A stretch of 64,000 bases of DNA, from positions 1,824,001-1,888,000 of the forward strand of contig CBDBZU010000004.1 in NCBI GenBank assembly GCA_965213625.1, read 5' to 3'. The number at the start of each line of letters is the position of its first letter. The first letter of the stretch is position 1. This stretch comes from a bacterium (GTDB lineage Bacteria; UBA8248). Shown here one piece after another: positions 9,523-19,129 of the stretch. Under the pieces are notes generated by a model, which did not search any database, had not been told where the DNA came from, and saw only the letters and a list, made by a program, of their open reading frames with translations. Position numbers and translations under genes: made by a program.

Positions 9523-9651
9523 GTGGCAGCCCCGAGGAGGGGCTGTTACTACCAAAGGCGTGAAATTCCTATTGCATTGATTGGGAAAATGCAGTCCTTC
9601 CCTCATCAGGCGAGAATGCCGTCGCAATTATTGGCGCGGACTCACGGGCGC

Positions 9652-9771
9652 CCTTCGATACGCCGCTTCGCGGCTACTCAGGGTGAAGGAGTGCGCTCTT
9701 CCCTCGTCCCTGGCAGGCGAACCGCCAATCCGCCTCATCCCGAGTAGCCCCCGAAGGGGGCGTATCGAGGG
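9652..9771. repeat. two further copies of the 9327-family palindromic unit
   Basis: CCTTCGATACGCCGCTTCGCGGCTACTCAGGGTGA (from 9652) and CCTCATCCCGAGTAGCCCCCGAAGGGGGCGTATCGAGGG (from 9733). Confidence 0.8.
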
Positions 9772-9895
9772 ACGGTCCCTCTCTCTTCGGTCAGGTCTGA
9801 CTCCTTCCTCGGTCGGAACCGACTCTTTGCGTTCCACAGAATACATCTGGCAAGATGGCGGCTACTCTATGCCCCCTGGCTAAGGAGGACCCTTC

Positions 9896-11662
9896 ATGGC
9901 GTTTCGCCACACCACCCCCGAGGGCCGCGAATACATCGCCCACAGGCCGCAGGTGAGCGCGCGCGAGGCGATGGTCGCATCCGGCCATCACTACGCGAGC
10001 CAGGCGGGTCTGAGAATCCTCGAAAGAGGCGGCAACGCGATAGACGCAGGCGTCACGGCGGGGATCTGCCTGAGCGTCCTTCACTCCGACATGGTGTCGT
10101 TCCTGGGCGTAGCGCCCACGATGGTCTATCTGGCGAAAGAAGAGCGCGTCCTCACAATCAGCGGTCTGGGCCGCTGGCCCAAGGCGGCCTCGGTCGAGTG
10201 GTTCGAGAAAAACTGTGGTGGCGAGATTCCTCCCGGAGTTCGGCGCGCGGTTACGCCCGCGGCGATTGACGCCTGGCTCACGGCTCTTGCGCGCTACGGC
10301 ACGAAAAGCTTTGCGGAGGTCTCCCAGGACGCCATCTCGCTGGCCGAAGACGGCTTCGCCATGCACCATTTCATGTACGACCACATCAAGTCGGCGGAAC
10401 AAGACTACTACCGCTGGGAATCGACGCGGCCCATCTATTTTCCGGGCGGCGACCTCATTTCGGTGGGCGGGCGGGTGCGGAATCCCGACTTGGCCGAGAC
10501 GATGCGGCGCATGGTGCGCGCTGAGCAAAGTGCGGGCGGCGGTCGCGCCGGGGGCGTGCGCGCGGCGCGCGATGAGGTCTACACCGGCGAGACGGCCCGC
10601 CGGATGATCGACTTCATCCAGCGAGAGGGCGGCCTGATGACGATGGACGATCTGGCCGATTTCCACGTCTTAGAAGAAGAACCCGTCGTGACGGAATTCC
10701 TGGGTCATGAAGTCTACGCCTGCGGCCCCTGGTGCCAGGGCCCGACGCTGCTGGAGGCGATGAACATCCTCGCCAATTTCGACCTCAAGGCACTGGGCCA
10801 CAACTCCCCCGGCTACCTCCACAAGCTGATGGCCGCGCTCAATCTCGCCTTCGCGGACAGGGAGGCCTTTATCGGAGACCCCGAGTTCGTGGATGTGCCG
10901 ATAGACGGTCTTCTTTCCCAGGAATACGCCGCCAAGCAGGCGGAGCGGGTCGATATGGATGCTGCTTTCGCCGATATGCCCGAGCCGGGCGACCCCTGGG
11001 CGCACCAGGGGGGCGCGCATCCGTGGCGTTACGACGGCGCGCACCGGGTTCCGCAAAAATCGGGGGCCGAATACCAGCACGACACTTCTTATTGTACGGC
11101 GGTGGATTCGGAGGGAAACGCCTTTTCCTGCACGCCTTCGGACCCGGCGAACACGATGCCCTTCGTACCGGGCGTGGGCGCGACCGTCTCGGGGCGCGGC
11201 TCCCAGAGCTGGCTCGATCCGGCGCACCCGAGCTGCCTCGCGCCCTGGAAGCGACCGAGGCTCACGCCGAACCCCGCCCTCACGCTCAAAGACGGCGCGT
11301 TCTACATGACGCTGGGCACCCCGGGCGGCGACGTCCAGCCCCAGGCCATGCTGCAGGTGTTCCTGAACCACGCGCTCTTCGGCATGCCGCCGCAGATGGC
11401 GATCGAAGCGCCGAGGGCTGCCACCTCCAATTTCCCCAATTCCTTCTGGCCCCATGCCTATGAGCCTGCGAGCGCTAAGGCCGAAGCGCGGCTTTTGAGC
11501 GACGCAGGATCTGCGCTCTCCGGGATGGGCTACAAGATGGGTTCATGGCCCGATTTCAGCTGGCCGCCCGGCAGCGTCTGCGCGATCGTGAAAGACCCCG
11601 AGACGGGGTTCCTGCTCGGCGGCGCCGACCCGAGGCGTGAATCCTACGCAGTGGGGTGGTAG
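9896..11662 (+). CDS. gamma-glutamyltransferase family Ntn hydrolase
   Basis: GGNAIDAG, LAFADRE, nucleophile Thr in HDTSY, PWKRPRLTPNP, GTPGGDVQPQ, GGADPRRE. Confidence 0.92.
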   Translation: MAFRHTTPEGREYIAHRPQVSAREAMVASGHHYASQAGLRILERGGNAIDAGVTAGICLSVLHSDMVSFLGVAPTMVYLAKEERVLTISGLGRWPKAASVEWFEKNCGGEIPPGVRRAVTPAAIDAWLTALARYGTKSFAEVSQDAISLAEDGFAMHHFMYDHIKSAEQDYYRWESTRPIYFPGGDLISVGGRVRNPDLAETMRRMVRAEQSAGGGRAGGVRAARDEVYTGETARRMIDFIQREGGLMTMDDLADFHVLEEEPVVTEFLGHEVYACGPWCQGPTLLEAMNILANFDLKALGHNSPGYLHKLMAALNLAFADREAFIGDPEFVDVPIDGLLSQEYAAKQAERVDMDAAFADMPEPGDPWAHQGGAHPWRYDGAHRVPQKSGAEYQHDTSYCTAVDSEGNAFSCTPSDPANTMPFVPGVGATVSGRGSQSWLDPAHPSCLAPWKRPRLTPNPALTLKDGAFYMTLGTPGGDVQPQAMLQVFLNHALFGMPPQMAIEAPRAATSNFPNSFWPHAYEPASAKAEARLLSDAGSALSGMGYKMGSWPDFSWPPGSVCAIVKDPETGFLLGGADPRRESYAVGW

Positions 11663-11761
11663 GGGGGCGATCTTCCGCGAAGATGGGTGTTTTCTTGTCT
11701 CCTGTCTTCCAGCTGTGCTATCTGTGTCCTTGGAGGACCCAATAACGAAAAGGAGACTCCA

Positions 11762-12046
11762 ATGGAAGTGAAGGAAGCCGTGAAAACGGCGAAAGAATAC
11801 ATTATCGATCTTTTCGGTGATGAGACGATCACTGGTGTTGGACTTGAGGAAGTCGATCTCGACATCGAGTCAAACGACTGGAAGATAACCATCGGTTTTT
11901 ATCGTCCGCTGTCTCATCGGGGCACTTTGACCACCGTGTTCGGTAAACAGCACGAAGCACGCTCCTATAAAGTTGTAAGCATAAACAAGCAAAACGGTCG
12001 TGTGTCATCGGTCACGGACCGCGTCCTGCCAGCCGTTACCGAATAA
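11762..12046 (+). CDS. small hypothetical protein (putative partner of the downstream PIN-domain remnant)
   Basis: AAGGAG RBS then MEVKEAVKTAKEY..GLEEV..WKITIGF..RSYKVV. Confidence 0.65.
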   Translation: MEVKEAVKTAKEYIIDLFGDETITGVGLEEVDLDIESNDWKITIGFYRPLSHRGTLTTVFGKQHEARSYKVVSINKQNGRVSSVTDRVLPAVTE

Positions 12047-12050
12047 TTTG

Positions 12051-12133
12051 ATGCCCCGACCGGGTACTTCATCGACGCGAACCTTCTCGTCTTGCTCATC
12101 GTGGGTAACCGCTCCGAACGGAGAGGGAACTGA
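12051..12133 (+). pseudogene. frameshifted, truncated N-terminus of a PIN-domain protein
   Basis: Encodes GYFIDANLLVLLIVG (PIN strand-1 Asp motif) out of frame with ATG 12051, then stops at TGA. Confidence 0.55.
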
Positions 12134-12134
12134 A

Positions 12135-12902
12135 GTGGCTAGAAGCACAGAAACGAGAAAAGACGAGATGTTTGCTCTCGAATTATTGAGAGAGTACCTA
12201 AGTGAACACGTGGATCCAATATTCCAGTGCAAAGTAAATGCGAATGATCCCCCGGATATTATCGTTACATGGGAGAGTGGTGATCAATGGGGTGTGGAGG
12301 TCACACAGACTCACCAACTTGTTGCATCGATTGACAGGACAAGAGTTGTTTCCTCAGCGGGTGTTGAAGCTGTTTTACGACGTTTTGCCCAAGAACTCGG
12401 GAGGACAACTGAAAACATACGCAAGCGCGACTATTTTCTTGGTTTGGGTTCGGCTCCGCTCAGTTTGCAGCAGGAAATGATCCACCGTTACGACAGAAAA
12501 TGGCGAAAGGAAACCGAAGCAGCAATTCGGAACCATATTCTCTCCGAGGAAGTTTCCATCTTGAGGCTCTCTGGAGCATGGCTCCAACCGGGTGAACCGG
12601 GAAACGGCTGGAGATTTACGGTCAGCCCCGGAGTCGCCGAAATTCCTTCGACCATCGAGTCAATGCTGTGGCGCGCCTTCCGAGACAAGACGAAAGGTTT
12701 ATCAAGATGGAACGGCGACTTCGAACAGCGGTGGCTGTTATTATTGAACTGCTATGATCTTGCCAGCGACATTGGTGATATGAAAGAAGCGCTTCGTGAT
12801 TTTGCCGGATGGAGTGAGGAGTCGTTCGGGTTTCATGGCGTTTTCTGGAGTGGATATCCCGACCGGACGTTGATACCGATTTCGTTGCCAAAGAGTTTGT
12901 AA
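12135..12902 (+). CDS. hypothetical protein with PD-(D/E)xK-like nuclease motif
   Basis: DPPDIIV...GVEVT motif; AT-richer composition; GTG start after GAGAGGG. Confidence 0.6.
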   Translation: MARSTETRKDEMFALELLREYLSEHVDPIFQCKVNANDPPDIIVTWESGDQWGVEVTQTHQLVASIDRTRVVSSAGVEAVLRRFAQELGRTTENIRKRDYFLGLGSAPLSLQQEMIHRYDRKWRKETEAAIRNHILSEEVSILRLSGAWLQPGEPGNGWRFTVSPGVAEIPSTIESMLWRAFRDKTKGLSRWNGDFEQRWLLLLNCYDLASDIGDMKEALRDFAGWSEESFGFHGVFWSGYPDRTLIPISLPKSL

Positions 12903-12924
12903 CCTCTCCAGAGAAGGACTGAAA

Positions 12925-12952
12925 GTAGGGACAAGTCGCGACCTGTCCCTAC
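12925..12952 (+). repeat. GTAG-type REP hairpin
   Basis: GTAGGGACAAGTCGCGACCTGTCCCTAC, near-perfect palindrome. Confidence 0.8.
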
Positions 12953-13031
12953 AGAGGTTTAGCGCCCCAGTGAAAGCGTAATTGCTCTTGCCGCTAGCTG
13001 GTTCGAATTTCGACGCATGTATCACGTGGAG

Positions 13032-13060
13032 TTGACATTTGCGCCGACAAGTCCTATTGT
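13032..13060 (+). promoter_or_regulatory. sigma70 promoter upstream of the hairpin RNA and NYN gene
   Basis: TTGACA-N17-TATTGT. Confidence 0.7.
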
Positions 13061-13071
13061 AAGTTTGATTC

Positions 13072-13135
13072 GCCCCTTGGCAGTACGTTGTGCTCCTAGC
13101 GATCATGGGCGCAGCCGATCCCTGGGGGCTTTTTT
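13072..13135 (+). ncRNA. candidate structured RNA (nested stems plus U6 tail) upstream of NYN nuclease
   Basis: Outer stem GCCCCTTGG/CCTGGGGGC, inner stem TGTGCTC/GGGCGCA, then TTTTTT. Confidence 0.5.
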
Positions 13136-13153
13136 ATGTCCGGCGGCGTTTCC

Positions 13154-13849
13154 ATGATGAAAATTGCGATCCTCATCGATGGCGGCTATCTGCTCAAGCG
13201 TCTTCCGACAGTCCGCCCAAAAATTAGACATCACGATGCAAAATCCGTCAGTTCTGCAATTGGTCAATTGGTTACATCGCATTTGAATCGCGAGAACAAG
13301 ACCGCCTGCGTCGCCAACGCGAATTCATTGCTCTATCGCGTTTTCTATTACGACGCCAGCCCCTATGACGGCAAGGAACACAAACCTATCAGCAATTACA
13401 GCATCGACTATGTAAAAACCAGTGAAGCGAAATTCAGGCATGACCTGTTCGAAGAGTTGAGGCGCTCACCCAACACCGCCGTACGGCTGGGAGAGGTGCG
13501 ACGCGAACGAGGCTGGGTGCTGAAAGAAGCTCCACAGAAACGGCTCCTGAAAAGCGAGATCACTGTCGCCGACCTAAAAGATGACGATTTCGCTCTCGGC
13601 CTTCGCCAAAAAGCGGTGGACATGCGGATCGGGGTCGACATCACTTCGATCACGCTCAAGCAGCAAGCGAATACGATCATCCTCGTCGCGGGCGACGCCG
13701 ATTTCGTTCCAGCGGCGAAACTCGCGCGGCGAGAGGGCGTGCGCATAATTCTAGATCCACTTTGGCGCACTGTAGCTCCGGAATTGTTCGAGCACATCGA
13801 CGGCCTCAACAGTGGGTTTCCCCGTCCGCCCCGCAGTCGCAAGAAATGA
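13154..13849 (+). CDS. NYN (LabA/DUF88, PIN-like) domain ribonuclease
   Basis: ILIDGGY, RVFYYDA, RQKAVDMRIGVD, AGDADFVPAAKLARREG, LDP, EHIDG; alternative start 13136. Confidence 0.88.
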   Translation: MMKIAILIDGGYLLKRLPTVRPKIRHHDAKSVSSAIGQLVTSHLNRENKTACVANANSLLYRVFYYDASPYDGKEHKPISNYSIDYVKTSEAKFRHDLFEELRRSPNTAVRLGEVRRERGWVLKEAPQKRLLKSEITVADLKDDDFALGLRQKAVDMRIGVDITSITLKQQANTIILVAGDADFVPAAKLARREGVRIILDPLWRTVAPELFEHIDGLNSGFPRPPRSRKK

Positions 13850-14008
13850 GAAATAACTAGCCGATGAATGAAAGCATCATAGGTCGGTAATCCTTTCCTT
13901 CTCTTGAATCCCGACTCATATTGCATGCGTACTCCAGCTCTGGCCCAAACGCTTGCCTCAACCTCCTCCAGCACGGAGAATGCGGACGTGGAAACGGAGG
14001 AGGCGAGC

Positions 14009-14428
14009 ATGACTTCACCGGAAGCCGGGCGCAGTGAACCCACAGATGTATCCGCACAGGACGAATATTTGCTCTATGACGGCGAGTGTCCGTTCTGCAG
14101 CTTCTATGCGCGAAAATCCGAGTTTAGGACACAAACCGGCCAGCGTTTAACGCTCATCGACGCGAACCGTGCGCCCGAACGCCTCGCCCAATTGAGCGAG
14201 AGAGGCTGTGAGGTGGGAGAGGGGATGGTGCTCGTCCTGGATGGCCGCGTTTATCAGGGCGCAGATGCGATGACGGCGCTCGAGGCGATGACGAGTGGAG
14301 GCGGCTGGTTTGGCAGGCTTGCCAAATGGTTCGCCTCGAATCCAAGGCGCGTTCGTACGTTCTACCCGTTGTTTCGCAGACTGCGGGGCGTGGCGCGATG
14401 GGTGAAAGGGAAGAGCAATCCCGACTGA
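14009..14428 (+). CDS. DCC1-like (DUF393) thiol-disulfide oxidoreductase
   Basis: LLYDGECPFC motif; GGAGGAGG RBS before ATG 14009. Confidence 0.85.
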   Translation: MTSPEAGRSEPTDVSAQDEYLLYDGECPFCSFYARKSEFRTQTGQRLTLIDANRAPERLAQLSERGCEVGEGMVLVLDGRVYQGADAMTALEAMTSGGGWFGRLAKWFASNPRRVRTFYPLFRRLRGVARWVKGKSNPD

Positions 14429-14468
14429 GGAAGGAGGGGTATGGCCATTCGCATTCCCTACCTTCCTC
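14427..14468. terminator. possible hairpin between convergent genes
   Basis: GAGGAAGG...CCTTCCTC inverted repeat. Confidence 0.35.
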
Positions 14469-14507
14469 TTCGATTCGCTAAAAGAATCCCCTAAAGAAAA
14501 GCGCTGA

Positions 14508-15998
14508 TCAGGCGGACCCCTGCTTCTTCAAAAGGGAAGTCCGTTTCACGAAAACGCTGATGAGGTAGACCAGCGCCAGCGCCAGAAACACGAGGCTTAT
14601 CGGCTTGCGGAAGAAAATGCCGGGGTCGCCGTCCGAGAGGATGAGCGACATTCGCGCGTTTTTCTCAAACACCGGACCCAGGATGATCGCCAGCAGCAGG
14701 GGCATGATAGGGTAGTCGAATTTCTGCATGAAATAGCCGAGCAGCCCGAAGCCAATCATCAGGAAAACGTCGAAAAAACTGTTCTGGAGCGCGAACGCCC
14801 CGATGACGCAGAACACCGCAATGCTCGGGAAGAGAAGCCCCGGCGGCACGCGGAGCACCTGGACGAACAGGCGAATGCCCAAAAGCGCGATGACGATGGT
14901 CAGGAAAAGCGCGATGAAAAATGACCCGAATATCGAGAAAACGAAACCGCCGTGGCTCTCGAACAACAAAGGCCCCGGCGCGAGCCCCTGGATGGTGAGC
15001 GCGCCGAGCATGACTGCGGTGACGGGGTCGCCGGGGATTCCCAGCGTGAGCATCGGGATCATCGCGCCACCGGTCATCGCGCTGTTGGCGGCCTCTGGCG
15101 CCGATACGCCCTCGAGCTTTCCCGTACCGAACAATTCTGGCTCCGGCGAGCGGCGCTGCGCCGTGTTGTAGCTCAGCAAGGCGGCGACAGCGCTCCCCGT
15201 ACCCGGCAACAGTCCGATGGTGGTCCCGATGAGGGAGGATTGCGCGAGCGTCTTCCAAAGGCTTGCCAAGGTTCCCGGCGACGGCAGCAAGTCGCGCAGG
15301 CGCGTCGAGAAATCCGGTAAGGAAACGGAGGAGCCACGCATGCCGGAGATAATCTCGGGTACCGCGAAAAGCCCTATCATCACCGGCAGGAAAGAGACCC
15401 CCTGCTGAATCTGCACGACGGAAAACGTGAAGCGCGGTATGGAATCGATGGGGTCCATGCCGACGGTGGAAAAACTCAAGCCCAGAAGGCCCGAAATCAG
15501 CGCCTTGCTCATCGAGGTTTGCGCGAATCCGCAGATGAGGCAAAGACCAAGCAAAACCAGCGACGCCAGTTCGGGCGCGCCGAAGTTCAGTGCGAATTCC
15601 GCTAACTGGGGAGCGATGGTGATCAGGCAGATAAGGCTGAACAGCCCGCCCAGGAAACTCGAGAAAAAAGCCACGCCCAGCGCGACCCCGGCCCGGCCCT
15701 TTCTGGCGAGCGGGTGACCGTCCAGGCTCGTGACGATGGCGGCGGGATTGCCGGGAATGTTGAGCAGAATGGACGAGATGCTGCCCCCCGTCATCCCGCC
15801 GACGAATACGCCCACCAGAAGGCTCATGGACGTCACGCTCGCCATGTGGAAGGTGAAGGGCAACAGCAAGATGATGCCCATGCTCACCGTGAGGCCCGGA
15901 ATGGCCGCGAAGACGATTCCTAAAAAACTTCCCAGAATGGCGAAGAGAAGAGGCTTCCACGCCAGGGCCTGAACGAGGCCGTCCACCAGGAGGTCCAT
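14508..15998 (-). CDS. tctA: tripartite tricarboxylate transporter permease TctA
   Basis: IPGLT, NIPGNPAA, APEAANSA, LTLGIPGD, PGPLLF motifs. Confidence 0.92.
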   Translation of the reverse strand: MDLLVDGLVQALAWKPLLFAILGSFLGIVFAAIPGLTVSMGIILLLPFTFHMASVTSMSLLVGVFVGGMTGGSISSILLNIPGNPAAIVTSLDGHPLARKGRAGVALGVAFFSSFLGGLFSLICLITIAPQLAEFALNFGAPELASLVLLGLCLICGFAQTSMSKALISGLLGLSFSTVGMDPIDSIPRFTFSVVQIQQGVSFLPVMIGLFAVPEIISGMRGSSVSLPDFSTRLRDLLPSPGTLASLWKTLAQSSLIGTTIGLLPGTGSAVAALLSYNTAQRRSPEPELFGTGKLEGVSAPEAANSAMTGGAMIPMLTLGIPGDPVTAVMLGALTIQGLAPGPLLFESHGGFVFSIFGSFFIALFLTIVIALLGIRLFVQVLRVPPGLLFPSIAVFCVIGAFALQNSFFDVFLMIGFGLLGYFMQKFDYPIMPLLLAIILGPVFEKNARMSLILSDGDPGIFFRKPISLVFLALALVYLISVFVKRTSLLKKQGSA

Positions 15999-16000
15999 CT

Positions 16001-16486
16001 TTAGAAGAGCCAGTCCTGGGGCAGGGGCACCTTGAGGATGTGGTGAAAGACGTAGTTCACCACCAGGGCGAAGATGACGACGTAGGGGATGATGACTTTC
16101 CAGGAGCGGATTCCGCTCCACCAGATGGAGACGGCAAGAAAGGCGACGACAGCGGCGGAAAAGCCGACATACTGCATCAGGAGCGCCAGGCCCACCAGCA
16201 TGAGACAGAGGATCAGGGCGTCGAAAACGCCCTTTCGCTCAATGGCGACGTGCGCTTTATCCTGCGCTTTACCGAGGTAGTCCGTCCCGATATCGACCAG
16301 CGTGAGGACGACCAGCAGCGCCGCCCATACCCAGGGGACAAAAGAAGGCCCCAGGGGACCTTCTGCTCCAGGCCCCTGGGGCAACTCCAGAATAATCGAA
16401 CCATACCAGATGCAAAAAACCACCAGAAGGATCGGAACGGCGAAGCGTCCGACGTTGCTTTTGATTTTTTTGCTCTCCTCCGCCAT
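16001..16486 (-). CDS. tctB: tripartite tricarboxylate transporter TctB family protein
   Basis: Small multi-TM protein, LGPSFVP and C-terminal LKVPLP, between tctC and tctA. Confidence 0.85.
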   Translation of the reverse strand: MAEESKKIKSNVGRFAVPILLVVFCIWYGSIILELPQGPGAEGPLGPSFVPWVWAALLVVLTLVDIGTDYLGKAQDKAHVAIERKGVFDALILCLMLVGLALLMQYVGFSAAVVAFLAVSIWWSGIRSWKVIIPYVVIFALVVNYVFHHILKVPLPQDWLF

Positions 16487-16533
16487 GAACACCGGATCCC
16501 TTGTGGCTTTCGTCCTCGTTACGATTCAGAAGT

Positions 16534-17496
16534 CTATTTCTTCATCTTCTTTTTCTTGTCCAGACCCAGCGAAACGACGACCTCCTTGATCAGGGCGTTC
16601 TGCTTGGCCACGAAGGCCGGGAATTTGTCCGGACCCATGTAGGAGACCAGGAAACCTCGCTTCTCGGCGGTGGCCAGGACTTTCGGGTCCTTGGCGGCAA
16701 CCTCGAAGGCCTTGTGGAGCGCTTGAACCGCTTCTTTGGGCGTTCCCTTGGGAACGTGCAGCCCACGGAACTGGTAGAAACCAACATCCCAGCCATGCTC
16801 GCTGAACAGGGGAACCTTGGGGTACGCCGGGTGACGTTTCGGGAAGGAAACGGCCAGCATGCGGACTTTGCCCGCCTTGTGAAGGGCCAGGACCTCGGGC
16901 GGATGGACGGAAATCGCGTCGACCTCGCCGCCCAGCAGGCTGGGCACGCGGCGCTTGCCCAAGGGGATGTGACGGAACTTGAATCCCGCCTTTTGGGCGA
17001 GTGCGGATGCCGTGAGGCGCGTGAAGCTGCCGGCTCCGGCGCTTCCGATCTTGAGCGTTTTCGATTTGGCCGCCTTCACGAGCTCAGGCAGCGATTTATA
17101 CGGGGAATCGGCCCGGACGACGATGGCGGTTCCCTCGAACACCAGGCGGGAAACGTAATCCCATGCGCGGTAGTCATAGGGCAATTTCCCCATGGTCGTA
17201 CCGGTCAGGATCGAGGCCGAAAGCCAGCCGATCTTGTATCCGGTCGGCGGCGCGGTCTTGACGTAGGCGAAGCCGATAGTCCCGCCCGCTCCCGGGCGGT
17301 TCACGGCGACGATGGGCTGGCCGAATGTTTTCTCGGCCGCTTTCGCCACGGTGCGGCCGGAGATGTCGGCAGCGCCGCCGGGCTTGAAGGTGATGGTCAT
17401 TTCGACGGGCTTCGTCGGATAGGCGGCCGAGGCGGGTGCAACCGATACCGCCGCGACGACGAAGGCGAGTGCGAAAACCAGCAAGAACTTCTTCAT
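16534..17496 (-). CDS. tctC: tripartite tricarboxylate transporter substrate-binding protein (TctC/Bug)
   Basis: Signal peptide, YPTKPV, PGGAAD, NRPGAGG. Confidence 0.92.
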   Translation of the reverse strand: MKKFLLVFALAFVVAAVSVAPASAAYPTKPVEMTITFKPGGAADISGRTVAKAAEKTFGQPIVAVNRPGAGGTIGFAYVKTAPPTGYKIGWLSASILTGTTMGKLPYDYRAWDYVSRLVFEGTAIVVRADSPYKSLPELVKAAKSKTLKIGSAGAGSFTRLTASALAQKAGFKFRHIPLGKRRVPSLLGGEVDAISVHPPEVLALHKAGKVRMLAVSFPKRHPAYPKVPLFSEHGWDVGFYQFRGLHVPKGTPKEAVQALHKAFEVAAKDPKVLATAEKRGFLVSYMGPDKFPAFVAKQNALIKEVVVSLGLDKKKKMKK

Positions 17497-17560
17497 GATG
17501 ATTCCTCCTTGTCATTCGTCAAAAGTACGTTGAAAACTCCTTGTAACTAACGGAATCAAC

Positions 17561-19069
17561 CTAATCACGATTCCAGGAATGCCATCTCGAAAGACCGATG
17601 CAGACGCTTTTCACCTCGGTGTATTCGCGCAGCGCCTCCTCGCCATGCTCCCTGCCGATGCCGCTTTTCTTCACGCCGCCGAATGGAATCTCGGAGCCGT
17701 ATCGGTAGGTGTTGATGAACACGTTTCCGCTATCAAGCTCCTGAGCGAGCCGGTGCGCCCGGCGCAGGTCGCTCGTCCAGACGTAACTCGCCAGCCCGAA
17801 GTCCGTCGCGTTGGCGTCCCTGACGGCATCGTCGAGAGAGTCGTATTCGTGAACCGTGAGAACGGGGCCGAAAATCTCATCGCACGCCGCCTTCATTCCC
17901 TGGTTCACGCCCGTGAGCACCGTGGGCTGCATGAAGTTTCCGTCCGGCTGCCCTTCGGGTTTTGCGCGGTCTCCACCGCAGGCGACACTCGCCCCGTCGC
18001 CTAACGCCGATTCGACGTAACCGACGACATCTGCGAGATGTTCGGGAGAGATGAGCGGCCCCATATCCGTCTCTTCATCCATGGCGTCGCCCACGTTTAT
18101 CCCCTCGACGCGCTCTTTAATCTTCTCGACGAACGCATCGTGGATGGATGGCGGGAGGAACAGGCGGGTTCCGGCGAAGCATACCTCGCCCTGGCGGGCG
18201 AACACCTGGCTCATGACGCCGTCGGCGGCCTCATCCAGGTCGGCGTCTTCACAAACGATGATGGGGCCTTTGCCGCCCAACTCCGCCAGCACAGGGGTCA
18301 CGTTCGCGGCGGCGAGTCCCAGCACTTCCAGACCGCCCTCCGTACCGCCGGTGAAGACGATTTTTCTGATGTCGGGATGGCCCACGAGCTTGGCGCCCGT
18401 CGAACGCCCCGAGCCCGCGACGATGTTGATCACCCCCGGCGGGAACCCGGCTTCTTCGACCAGTTTACCGAAATAGAGCACCGACGCCAGGGCGACGGCG
18501 GAGGGCTTGATGACCACCGTGTTGCCGCAGGCCAGAGCGGCGGCCAGACCCCGGGACATGAGCTTGAGCGGGGTGTTCCAGGGAACGATGATGGCCACGA
18601 CGCCGAGGGGCTCCCTCGTCGAATACATGAGCCGATCGTTCATGAGGGGCAGCGCGCTGCCTTCCACCTTGCCGGCCCACCCGGCGAAATACTCGAAATG
18701 ACGCGCGGAGGAGGCGGATTCCAGGCGGCTCTCCTTGATGGGGATGCCCGTATTGATCGCCTCCAGTCTCGCGAGGGTTTCCGCGTTTTCGCGCATCAGG
18801 CCTGCGAGTTTCGTAATCAATTTTCCGCGGTCGAGCGCGGGCATCTTCTTCCAGGACGGGTCGTGAAACGCCCGCCAGCATGAGGAGACGGCCTCATCGA
18901 CCTGCGCGTCAGACGCCGGGAACAACTGGAAAATCGTCTCGTTGTTCGAGGGATTGAGCACGTCAATCGGCTCGCCGCGCTCGCCTTTGACCCAGTTACC
19001 GTCGATGAATTGCTGCTCCACCTCCTGGGTGAGGGGAAACTCGGTTACCTTCACAAGGCTACCTGACAT
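17561..19069 (-). CDS. aldehyde dehydrogenase
   Basis: PWNTP, FTGGT, ELGGKGP, catalytic Cys in GEVC, EIFGPV, PFGGVKKSG. Confidence 0.95.
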   Translation of the reverse strand: MSGSLVKVTEFPLTQEVEQQFIDGNWVKGERGEPIDVLNPSNNETIFQLFPASDAQVDEAVSSCWRAFHDPSWKKMPALDRGKLITKLAGLMRENAETLARLEAINTGIPIKESRLESASSARHFEYFAGWAGKVEGSALPLMNDRLMYSTREPLGVVAIIVPWNTPLKLMSRGLAAALACGNTVVIKPSAVALASVLYFGKLVEEAGFPPGVINIVAGSGRSTGAKLVGHPDIRKIVFTGGTEGGLEVLGLAAANVTPVLAELGGKGPIIVCEDADLDEAADGVMSQVFARQGEVCFAGTRLFLPPSIHDAFVEKIKERVEGINVGDAMDEETDMGPLISPEHLADVVGYVESALGDGASVACGGDRAKPEGQPDGNFMQPTVLTGVNQGMKAACDEIFGPVLTVHEYDSLDDAVRDANATDFGLASYVWTSDLRRAHRLAQELDSGNVFINTYRYGSEIPFGGVKKSGIGREHGEEALREYTEVKSVCIGLSRWHSWNRD

Positions 19070-19129
19070 CAAAAACTCCTTTGGTTGAACGAATATATCG
19101 GCCAAGCAGCCCGCAGAGGCGGCCCGGCT

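Noticed and set aside
9327-9771. Possible CRISPR array
   Set aside because: Units occur in both orientations with irregular spacing and variable sequence; no cas genes
12897-12963. Possible integron attC site (TAACCTCT...AGAGGTTT around a hairpin after a foreign ORF)
   Set aside because: Ends do not match RYYYAAC/GTTRRRY, there is no second attC or intI in the window, and the core is better explained as a GTAG REP
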